Positions 41,101-51,744 of a DNA stretch of 64,000 bases are shown one piece after another; the stretch's first letter is position 1; every line of letters begins with the position of its first letter. Under the pieces are notes generated by a model that was not told the DNA's origin, did no database searches, and saw only the letters and a list, made by a program, of their open reading frames with translations. The DNA lies in assembly GCA_964035545.1 (NCBI GenBank), contig OZ037766.1:14684722-14748721 (forward strand), read 5' to 3'. The position numbers and the translations under genes were made by a program. The stretch comes from Bugula neritina (Eukaryota > Animalia > Bryozoa).

Positions 41101-44100
41101 GAGAAATGCTGATTGCAATCTTCCCTAGGAGAAATGCCAATTTGCAAAAACAGTTAGAGTATAATGTTAAACAATAATTTTAATAGCTTTTATGAATACT
41201 GTGACAGCAGCTTTTTGGTTTAATGATTAAAATGAAAGCTGTTCTGTGAAACATTCTTTGTGAAATGGGTTTGGCAATAGATTGGTGATTAAAAAAACTA
41301 TTTTTCTATGGCATGAGTCAAAGCAGCTAAAGAAGTGAATGAAGCAAGTTAGTTGTACTCACTTCATTCATAAAAAGCCAATTGCAATTGCTCCTAGGAG
41401 AATTGGGAATTGTACCCTAGGAGAAATGCTGATTGCAATCTTCCCTAGGAGAAATGCCAATTTGCAAAAACAGTTAGAGTATAATGTTAAACAATAATTT
41501 TAATAGCTTTTATGAATACTGTGACAGCAGCTTTTTTGTTTAATGATTAAAATGAAAGCTGTTCTGTGAAACAATTTTTGTGAAATGGGTTTGGCAATAG
41601 ATTGGTGACTAAAAAAACTATTTTTCTATGGCATGAGTCAAAGCAGCTAAAGAAGTAAATGAAGCAAGTTGGTTGTACTCACTTCATTCATAGAAAAGCC
41701 AATTGCAATTGCTCCTAGGAGAATTGGGAATTGTACGCTAGGAGAAATGCTGATTGCAATCTTCCTTAGGAGATATGCCAATTTGCAAAAACAGTTAGAG
41801 TATAATGTTAAACAATAATTTTAATAGCTTTTATGAATACTGTGACAGCAGCTTTTTGGTTTAATGATTAAAATGAAAACTTTTCTGTAAAACATTTTTT
41901 GTGAAAATGGTTTGGCAATAGATTGGTGACTAAATTAACTATTTTTCTATGGCATGAGTCAAAGCAGCTAAAGAAGTGAATAAAGCAAGTTAGTTGTACT
42001 CACTTCATTCATAGAGATGCCAATTGCAATTGCTCCTAGGAGAATTGGGAATCCTCCCTAGGAGAAATGCTAATTGCAATCTTCCCTAGGAGAAATGCCA
42101 ATTTGCAAAAACAAATAGAATATAATGTAAAACAATAATTTTATTAGCTTTTATGAATACTGTGACAGCAGCTTTTTGGTTTAATGATTAAAATGAAAGC
42201 CGTTCTGTGAAACAATTTTTGTGAAATTGGTTTGGCAATAGATTGGTGACTAAATTAACTATTTTTCTATGGCATGAGTCAAAGCAGCTAAAGAAGTGAA
42301 TGAAGCAAGTTAGTTGTACTCACTTCATTCATAAAAAAGCCAATTGCAATTGCTCCTAGGAGAATTGGGAATTGTACCCTAGGAGAAATGCTTATTGCAA
42401 TCTTCCCTAGGAGAAATGCCAATTTGCAAAAACAGTTAGAGTATAATGTTAAACAATAATTTTAATAGCTTTTATGAATACTGTGACAGCAGCTTTTTTG
42501 TTTAATGATTAAAATGAAAGCTGTTCTGTGAAACAATTTTTGTGAATTGGGTTTGGCAATAGATTGGTGACTAAAAAAACTATTTTTCTATGGCATGAGT
42601 CAAAGCAGCTAAAGAAGTAAATGAAGCAAGTTGGTTGTACTCACTTCATTCATAGAAAAGCCAATTGCAATTGCTCCTAGGAGAATTGGGAATCCTCCCT
42701 AGGAAAAATGCTAGTTGCAATCTTGCCTAGGAGAAATGCCAATTTGCAAAAACAAATAGAATATAATGTGAAACAATAGTTTTAATAGCTTTCATGAATA
42801 CTGTGTCAGCAGCTTTTTGGTTTAATGATTAAAATGAAAGCCGTTCTGTGAAACAATTTTTGTGAAATGGGTTTGGCAATAGATTGGTGACTATATTAAC
42901 TATTTTTCTATGGCATGAGTCAAAGCAGCTAAGGAAGTGAATGAAGCAAGTTAGTTGTACTCACTTCATTCATAGAAAAGCCAATTGCAATTGCTCCTAG
43001 GAGAATTGGGAATCCTCCCTAGGAGAAATGCTAATTGCAATTTTCCCTAGGAGAAATGCCAATTTGCAAAAACAAATAGAATATAATGTAAAACAATAAT
43101 TTTAATAGCTTTTATGAATACTGTGGCAGCAGCTTTTTGGTTTAATGATTAAAATGAAAACTTTTCTGTAAAACATTTTTTGTGAAATGGGTTTGGCAAT
43201 AGATTGGTGACTATATTAACTATTTTTCTATGGCATGAGTCAAAGCAGCTAAAGAAGTGAATGAAGCAAGTTAGTTGTACTCACTTCATTCATAAAAAAG
43301 CCAATTGCAATTGCTCCTAGGAGAATTGGGAATTGTACGCTAGGAGAAATGCTGATTGCAATCTTCCCTAGGAGAAATGCCAATTTGCAAAAACAGTTAG
43401 AGTATAATGTTAAACAATAATTTTAATAGCTTTTATGAATACTGTGACAGCAGCTTTTTGGTTTAATGATTAAAATGAAAACTTTTCTGTAAAACTTTTT
43501 TTGTGAAAATGGTTTGGCAATAGATTGGTGACTAAATTAACTATTTTTCTATGGCATGAGTCAAAGCAGCTAAAGAAGTGAATAAAGCAAGTTAGTTGTA
43601 CTCACTTCATTCATAGAGATGCCAATTGCAATTGCTCCTAGGAGAATTGGGAATCCTCCCTAGGAGAAATGCTAATTGCAATCTTCCCTAGGAGAAATGC
43701 CAATTTGCAAAAACAAATAGAATATAATGTAAAACAATAATTTTAATAGCTTTTATGAATACTGTGACAGCAGCTTTTTGGTTTAATGATTAAAATGAAA
43801 GCCGTTCTGTGAAACAATTTTTGTGAAATGGGTTTGGCAATAGATTGGTGACTAAATTAACTATTTTTCTATGGCATGAGTCAAAGCAGCTAAAGAAGTG
43901 AATGAAGCAAGTTAGTTGTACTCACTTCATTCATAGAGATGCCAATTGCAATTGCTCCTAGGAGAATTGGGAATCCTCCCTAGGAGAAATGCTAATTGCA
44001 ATCTTCCTTAGGAGAAATGCCAATTTGCAAAAACAAATAGAATATAATGTAAAACAATAATTTTAATAGCTTTTATGAATACTGTGACAGCAGCTCTTTG

Positions 44101-47100
44101 GTTTAATGATTAAAATGAAAGCCGTTCTGTGAAACAATTTTTGTGAAATGGGTTTGGCAATAGATTGGTGACTAAATTAACTATTTTTCTATATCATGAG
44201 TCAAAGCAGCTAGAGAAGTGAAGGAAAAAAGTTAGTTGTACTCACTTCATTCATAGAGATGCCAATTGCAATAGCTCCTAGGAGAATTTGGATTTGTACT
44301 AGGGGGATTAGCAATCTCCCTAGCAATAAGGTCAAAATGTCTTAGGAGAGATGCCAATTGGAATCTCCCCTAGGAGAAATGCTGATTGCAATCTTCCCTA
44401 GGAGAAATGCCAATTTGCAAAAACAGTCAGAGTATAATGTTAAACAATAATTTTAATAGCTTTTATGAATACTGTGACAGCAGCTTTTTTGTTTAATGAT
44501 TAAAATGAAAACTTTTCTGTAAAACATTTTTTGTGAAATGGGTTTGGCAATAGATTGGTGACTAAATTAACTATTTTTCTATGGCATGAGTCAAAGCAGC
44601 TAAAGAAGTGAATGAAGCAAGTAGGTTGTACTCACTTCATTCAGAGAAAAGCCAATTGCAATTGCTCCTAGGAGAATTTGGAATTGTACTAGGGGGATTA
44701 GCAATCTCCCTAGCAATAAAGTCAAAAGGTCTTAGGAAAGATGCCAATTGGCATCTCCCCTAGGAGAAATGCTGATTGCAATCTTCCCTAGGAGAAATGC
44801 CAATTTGCAAAAACAGTTATAGTATAATGTTAAACAATAATTTTAATAGCTTTTATGAATACTGTGACAGCAGCTTTTTGGTTTAATGATTAAAATGAAA
44901 ACTTTTCTGTAAAACATTTTTTGTGAAAATGGTTTGGCAATAGATTGGTGACTAAATTAACTATTTTTCTATGGCATGAGTCAAAGCAGCTAAAGAAGTG
45001 AATAAAGCAAGTTAGTTGTACTCACTTCATTCATAGAGATGCCAATTGCAATTGCTCCTAGGAGAATTGGGAATCCTCCCTAGGAGAAATGCTAATTGCA
45101 ATCTTCCCTAGGAGAAATGCCAATTTGCAAAAACATATAGAATATAATGTGAAACAATAATTTTAATAGCTTTTATGAATACTGTGACAGCAGCTTTTTG
45201 GTTTAATGATTAAAATGAAAGCCGTTCTGTGAAACAATTTTTGTGAAATTGGTTTGGCAATAGATTGGTGACTAAATTAACTATTTTTCAATGGCATGAG
45301 TCAAAGCAGCTAAAGAAGTGAATGAAGCAAGTTAGTTGTACTCACTTCATTCATAAAAAAGCCAATTGCAATTGCTCCTAGGAGAATTGGGAATTGTACC
45401 CTAGGAGAAATGCTGATTGCAATCTTCCCTAGGAGAAATGCCAATTTGCAAAAACAGTTAGAGTATAATGTTAAACAATAATTTTAATAGCTTTTATGAA
45501 TACTGTGACAGCAGCTTTTTTGTTTAATGATTAAAATGAAAGCTGTTCTGTGAAACAATTTTTGTGAAATGGGTTTGGCAATAGATTGGTGACTAAAAAA
45601 ACTATTTTTCTATGGCATGAGTCAAAGCAGCTAAAGAAGTAAATGAAGCAAGTTGGTTGTACTCACTTCATTCATAGAAAAGCCAATTGCAATTGCTCCT
45701 AGGAGAATTGGGAATTGTACGCTAGGAGAAATGCTGATTGCAATCTTCCCTAGGAGAAATGCCAATTTGCAAAAACAGTTAGAGTATAATGTTAAACAAT
45801 AATTTTAATAGCTTTCATGAATACTGTGACAGCAGCTTTTTGGTTTAATGATTAAAATGAAAACTTTTCTGTAAAACATTTTTTGTGAAATGGGTTTGGC
45901 AATAGATTGGTGACTAAATTAACTATTTTTCTATGGCATGAGTCAAAGCAGCTAAAGAAGTGAATGAAGCAAGTAAGTTGTACTCACTTCATTCAGAGAA
46001 AAGCCAATTGCAATTGCTCCTAGGAGAATTTGGAATTGTACTAGGGGGATTAGCAATCTCCCTAGCAATAAAGTCAAAAGGTCTTAGGAGAGATGCCAAT
46101 TGGCATCTCCCCTAGGAGAAATGCTGATTGCAATCTTCCCTAGGAGAAATGCCAATTTGCAAAAACAGTTAGAGTATAATGTTAAACAATAATTTTAATA
46201 GCTTTTATGAATACTGTGACAGCAGCTTTTTGGTTTAATGATTAAAATGAAAGCTGTTCTGTGAAACATTCTTTGTGAAATGGGTTTGGCAATAGATTGG
46301 TGATTAAAAAAACTATTTTTCTATGGCATGAGTCAAAGCAGCTAAAGAAGTGAATGAAGCAAGTTAGTTGTACTCACTTCATTCATAGAAAAGCCAATTG
46401 CAATTGCTCTTAGGAGAATTGGGAATCCTCCCTAGGAGAAATGCTAATTGTAATCTTGCCTAGGAGAAATGCCAATTTGCAAAAACAAATAGAATATAAT
46501 GTAAAACAATAATTTTAATAGCTTTTATGAATACTGTGACAGAAGCTTTTTGGTTTAATGATTAAAATGAAAACTTTTCTGTAAAACAATTTTTGTGAAA
46601 TGGGTTTGGCAATAGATTGGTGACTAAATTAACTATTTTTCTATGGCATGAGTCAAAGCAGCTAAAGAAGTGAATGAAGCAAGTTAGTTGTACTCACTTC
46701 ATTCATAGAAAAGCCAATTGCAATTGCTCCTAGGAGAATTGGGAATTGTACGCTAGGAGAAATGCTGATTGCAATCTTCCCTAGGAGAAATGCCAATTTG
46801 CAAAAACAGTTAGAGTATAATGTTAAACAATAATTTTAATAGCTTTTATGAATACTGTGACAGCAGCTTTTTGGTTTAATGATTAAAATGAAAACCTTTC
46901 TGTAAAACATTTTTTGTGAAAATGGTTTGGCAATAGATTGGTGATTAAATTAACTGTTTTTCTATGGCATGAGTCAAAGCAGCTAAAGAAGTGAATAAAG
47001 CAAGTTAGTTGTACTCACTTCATTCATAGAGATGCCAATTGCAATTGCTCCTAGGAGAATTGGGAATCCTCCCTAGGAGAAATGCTAATTGCAATCTTCC

Positions 47101-49616
47101 CTAGGAGAAATGCCACTTTGCAAAAACAAATAGAATATAATGTAAAACAATAATTTTAATAGCTTTTATGAATACTGTGACAGCAGCTTTTTGGTTTAAT
47201 GATTAAAATGAAAGCCGTTCTGTGAAACAATTTTTGTGAAATGGGTTTGGCAATAGATTGGTGACTAAATTAACTATTTTTCTATGGCATGAGTCAAAGC
47301 AGCTAAAGAAGTGAATGAAGCAAGTTAGTTGTACTCACTTCATTCATAAAAAAACCAATTGCAATTGCTCCTAGGAGAATTGGGAATTGTACCCTAGGAG
47401 AAATGCTGATTGCAATCTTCCCTAGGAGAAATGCCAATTTGCAAAAACAGTTAGAGTATAATGTTAAACAATAATTTTAATAGCTTTTATGAATACTGTG
47501 ACAGCAGCTTTTTTGTTTAATGATTAAAATGAAAGCTGTTCTGTGAAACAATTTTTGTGAAATGGGTTTGGCAATAGATTGGTGACTAAAAAAACTATTT
47601 TTCTATGGCATGAGTCAAAGCAGCTAAAGAAGTAAGTGAAGCAAGTTGGTTGTACTCACTTCATTCATAGAAAAGCCAATTGCAATTGCTCCTAGGAGAA
47701 TTGGGAATCCTCCCTAGGAAAAATGCTAGTTGCAATCTTGCCTAGGAGAAATGCCAATTTGCAAAAACAAATAGAATATAATGTAAAACAATAGTTTTAA
47801 TAGCTTTTATGAATACTGTGACAGCAGCTTTTTGGTTTAATGATTAAAATGAAAGCGTTCTGTGAAACAATTTTTGTGAAATAGGTTTGGCAATAGATTG
47901 GTGACTAAATTAACTATTTTTCTATGGCATGAGTCAAAGCAGCTAAAGAAGTGAATGAAGCAAGTTAGTTGTACCCACTTCATTCATAGAGATGCCAATT
48001 GCAATTGCTCCTAGGAGAATTGGGAATTGTACCCTAAGAGAAATGCTGATTGCAATCTTCCTTAGGAGAAATGCCAATTTGCAAAAACAGTTAGAGTATA
48101 ATGTTAAACAATAATTTTAATAGCTTTTATGAATACTGTGACAGCAGCTTTTTTGTTTAATGATTAAAATGAAAACTTTTCTGTGAAACATGTTTTGTGA
48201 AATGGGTTTGGCAATAGATTGGTGACTAAATTAACTATTTTTCTATGGCATGAGTCAAAGCAGCTAGAGAAGTGAAAGAAAAAAGTTAGTTATACTCACT
48301 TCATTCATATAGATGCCAATTGCAATAGCTCCTAGGAGAATTTGGAATTGTACTAGGGGGATTAGCAATCTCCCTAGCAATAAGGTCAAAAGGTCTTAGG
48401 AGAGATGCCAATTGGCATCTCCTCTAGGAGAAATGCTGATTGCAATCTTCCCTAGGAGAAATGCCAATTTGCAAAAACAGTTAGAGTATAATGTTAAACA
48501 ATAATTTTAATAGCTTTTATGAATACTGTGACAGAAGCTTTTTGGTTTAATGATTAAAATGAAAACTTTTCTGTAAAACAATTTTTGTGAAATGGGTTTG
48601 GCAATAGATTGGTGACTAAATTAACTATTTTTCTATGGCATGAGTCAAAGCAGCTAAAGAAGTGAATGAAGCAAGTTAGTTGTACTCACTTCATTCATAA
48701 AAAAGCCAATTGCAATTGCTCCTAGGAGAATCGGGAATTGTACCCTAGGAGAAATGCTGATTGCAATCTTCCCTAGGAGAAATGCCAATTTGCAAAAACA
48801 AATAGAATATAATGTAAAACAATAATTTTAATAGCTTTTATGAATACTGTGACAGCAGCTTTTTGGTTTAATGATTAAAATGAAAGCCGTTCTGTGAAAC
48901 AATTTTTGTGAAATGGGTTTGGCAATAGATTGGTGACTAAAAAAACTATTTTTCTATGGCATGAGTCAAAGCAGCTAAAGAAGTGAATGAAGCAAGTTAG
49001 TTGTACTCACTTCATTCATAGAAAAGCCAATTGCAATTGCTCCTAGGAGAATTGAGAATCCTCCCTAGGAGAAATGCTAATTGCAATCTTCCCAGGAGAA
49101 ATGCCAATTTGCAAAAACAAATAGAATATAATGTAAAACAATAATTTTATTAGCTTTTATGAATACTGTGACAGCAGCTTTTTGGTTTAATGATTAAAAT
49201 GAAAGCCGTTCTGTGAAACAATTTTTGTGAAATAGGTTTGGCAATAGATTGGTGACTAAATTAACTATTTTTCTATGGCATGAGTCAAAGCAGCTAAAGA
49301 AGTGAATGAAGCAAGTTAGTTGTACCCACTTCATTCATAGAGATGCCAATTGCAATAGCTCCTAGGAGAATTGAAAATTGTACTAGGGAGATTTGCAATC
49401 CTCCTAGCAATAAGGTCAAAATGTCTTAGGAGAGATGCCAATTGGAATCCCCCCTAGGAGAAATGCTAATTGCAATCTTCCCTAGGAGAAATGCCAATTT
49501 GCAAAAACAAATAGAATACAATGTAAAACAATGATTTTAATAGCTTTTATGAATACTGTGACAGCAGCTTTTTGGTTTAATGATTAAAATGAAAGCTGTT
49601 CTGTGAAACATTTTTT
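32150..49616. repeat. Satellite subdomain B: distinct, more heterogeneous edge subfamily
   Basis: Variants not seen in domain A: GGGAATCCTCC(C/A)TAGG, AACAAATAGAATATAATGTAAAAC, TGAAAGC(C/T)GTTCTGTG, ACTAAAAAAACTAT, CATAGAGATGCC. Local periods of ~962 bp (3-mer) and ~1,603 bp (5-mer). Confidence 0.8.
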
Positions 49617-51332
49617 CAAACAGTTCCTCAATTGGATCTTGAACACAGCTTTTCTCACCACCGCTGGTAGAAGGGCAATGTTTATTTAATTCTGCTTCAT
49701 ATATGAAGTTAGTATAGCACTTTTTGTGATATTTTACCTCCGCTGCAACAAGGCCAATGTTAAGCAGTCTCCCTCGGATTACTTGATTGCTGCATTGTTC
49801 AATAGTTTCTTCTATTTTAAAATTAGCTTTGTCTGTTGAAAAAGCCATCAGGTTGCCTTTTCTCTATGTTTGTGATTGACAGAATACACATAATTTATTA
49901 TCAAATGACAAATATTGCTGACTTTGTGTTTTCTTTGCTGGGGAAAATGAGTGACCTGAATCTGCCTGTTCTGTAGACACTGTGGGAGTTGACAACTTTC
50001 TTCTGCGATGTGTATAGCAAGATTTGTGATATAGAATTTCATCTTTATTTTTTTTTATCCAGAATGTGGTTATGAACAGGCTTATATATGAAGGAATTAT
50101 AAAGTTAAATTTATAATAAATACTTATGCTGCAGTTTACTAAAACAAATATGAAAAGGTGGATATTCACTACTAACCTGACTTAATTCATTTTCAGTTAG
50201 TGTTGTTTGCACTGTACTTATATTCTTGGCTTTAACCACTTTTTCATCAGTTACTTGACAGCAATAAACACATTTGCTTGGTCTGTAATGATACAGGAAT
50301 TCTTTCGCACTGGCAAAATTCTGTAATTACATCACCTTAGATTGTAAATACATGCTAGCATAACAGAAGACAAAGCAGAAAGTTTTAGTATGCATTTGAT
50401 GCTTGGAATTTTAGCATTAGTATTTTTAGCCAATAGCAGACTAAATCTAACCAAAAGTTGGATCATAAAATAGTCATCTTTAAACACTTGTTTTATTATA
50501 TTAGAAAAATAAGATTTTACCTACCATCATATGTGATGATTTACATTTTCTTGAACTGAGAATACTAAAGCATGCTGCCTTTTCATGATGTCAAGGTCAA
50601 TGTCAAGGGTATTGAGCAATTTCAAAAGATGAAAATTCTCAAATTTGGGTGAAACAGGAATTATTCTAATTTTCTATTCAAAATGAGCTAACATAAATAC
50701 ACTAAGCCAATAAGCTAATATAAATACACTAAGAATTAATTTTTGTTATGCTGATGTTGTTCCTATCAACAAAGAGCAATATTATTGGGTAGAAATGCAA
50801 TAATTTATAACAGAGGAGATAACTCCCGGTTTATGTTTTTTATTTGTTATGGTTGGGAAAGAAGTTATATAGTTCAGAATGTAATGAAAACTGGAGAGCA
50901 TTATTAGAACACAATAGAGTATTTTCATACCAAAAATCAACATTCTAAATGCTAGAGCAGAAAAGTAGCAGTTTAGAGAATATCAGGTATATGCAAAAAA
51001 GTAGTTTGTCATATTATAGGCTCCGCCCACTTTTTTATTTTTGGTCAAAACTTTTGTTTCATATGTGTACAACATTCCTTGAAAATATTTTTAATGTCAA
51101 ACTTAAACTACTCAGAAAATTAAATATTTAGAGTTCCATAGTCCCCCCTTGAAAAATGCTGAACCCCTGTATATCCACCCCTCTCGCGAAAGAACCCCCC
51201 CCCCCCCTGATACAAAAAAGGTACTCGCAGATCTGAGATCAGTAGAATGTTGGCTTTGCAGTGATATATAGCAACAAAGGTTAGTATTGATGTGCTCCAC
51301 CCGCCCATTTTTGCATGTTGGCACCCCCACTA
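49483..51332 (-). mobile_element. Internally deleted DNA transposon remnant (putative Academ-like), ~1.85 kb
   Basis: Contains the transposase-like fragment. A GC-richer block at 51,140-51,332 ends abruptly, reading TAGTGGGGGTGCCAACATGCAAAAATGG on the minus strand. An imperfect inverted copy, TAGGAGAAATGCCAATTTGCAAAAA, starts at 49,483. No target-site duplication is visible, so the boundaries are tentative. Confidence 0.45.
49600..50070 (-). pseudogene. Transposase-like N-terminal fragment (Academ-type DNA transposon protein) with one in-frame stop; truncated at the satellite junction
   Basis: ORFs 49864..50169(-) and 49537..49848(-) are in the same frame, separated by one TAG (49864-49866). 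Joined they read ...EILYHKSCY...SFDNKLCVFCQSQT*RKGNLMAFSTDKANFKIEETIEQCSNQVIRGRLLNIGLVAAEVKYHKKCYTNF... This YHxxCY / CxFCQ / LxAAExxYHxxCY motif order matches my recollection of the N-terminus of large invertebrate Academ(X)-type transposases. The family call is from memory, not from a search. Confidence 0.65.
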
Positions 51333-51690
51333 TTAATAATTATTGAGTTCATTGCTGAGCAATACTAAATTAGTTGTAGCGTCCCAACAAAACCCTCAAA
51401 ATACGTTTTCTTCTGTGATTAAATTCAAATGCTTTAGATTTAAAATATTGCTAGAAGCCGCACTGATTTAAGAGTGACTAAAGTACCGTATTCGTATAAA
51501 TACGGTTGCTCGAATCTCAAACTTAGAACTCCAAATTCGAGACTCCAAACTAATGCACTCAGCGACTGCTTATTTAGTGCTGCTTTAAGCAGTTATCTCT
51601 GGTTCGCATTAATTTTGCAAACGTACCATTGAATTCATTAGCAAGAAAATTCCAGTTAACTTAGGAGTTGATTTGAACGTTGCTTTCAAA
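51333..51690 (+). promoter_or_regulatory. Probable FTCD proximal promoter / 5' UTR
   Basis: Short interval between the putative transposon end and the ATG. It is locally enriched in CpG relative to the flanks and has TATAAA at 51,495-51,500. Confidence 0.4.
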
Positions 51691-51744
51691 ATGCCGCGAA
51701 TTGTCGAGTGTGTACCAAATTTTTCTGAGGGCCATTCTAAAGAG
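51691..51744 (+). CDS. FTCD: FTCD exon 1 ([18 protein letters not shown])
   Basis: ATG at 51,691; conserved ECVPNFSEG; donor GAG|GTAAAA. Confidence 0.93.

Larger units (their letters stand above)
1..49616. repeat. Tandem satellite DNA array, ~148 head-to-tail monomers (320-322 bp short forms, 390 bp long form); continues beyond the left edge
   Basis: The anchor GCAATAGATTGG recurs at 1, 322, 643, 1033 (spacings 321, 321, 390) and onward. Similarity ends at ...GTGAAACATTTTTT|CAAACAG near 49,616. Monomers differ mostly by a few SNPs. I counted 31 long monomers carrying a 69-bp extra segment. Confidence 0.98.

Noticed and set aside
1-49616. CRISPR-like array (palindromic repeats at regular spacing)
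   Set aside because: There are no unique spacers because the whole unit repeats. The context is eukaryotic and no cas genes are present.
1-49616. Retrozyme or hammerhead-ribozyme satellite (the monomer size fits)
   Set aside because: I found no CTGANGA core on either strand. The closest is CTGAATGA, only in some variants, with no convincing hammerhead helices. A covariance-model search would be decisive.
49848-50042. 64-aa minus-strand ORF
   Set aside because: It is an alternative frame overlapping the transposase-like frame and has no motifs.
50949-51330. Short ORFs at 50949-51131, 51112-51330 and 51120-51308
   Set aside because: No recognisable motifs; the poly-Gly comes from the C13 run. 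This is probably non-coding subterminal DNA.
49475-51340. Target-site duplication around the putative element
   Set aside because: The flanks (TTCCC on the left, TTAAT on the right) do not match, so the element boundaries remain hypothetical.
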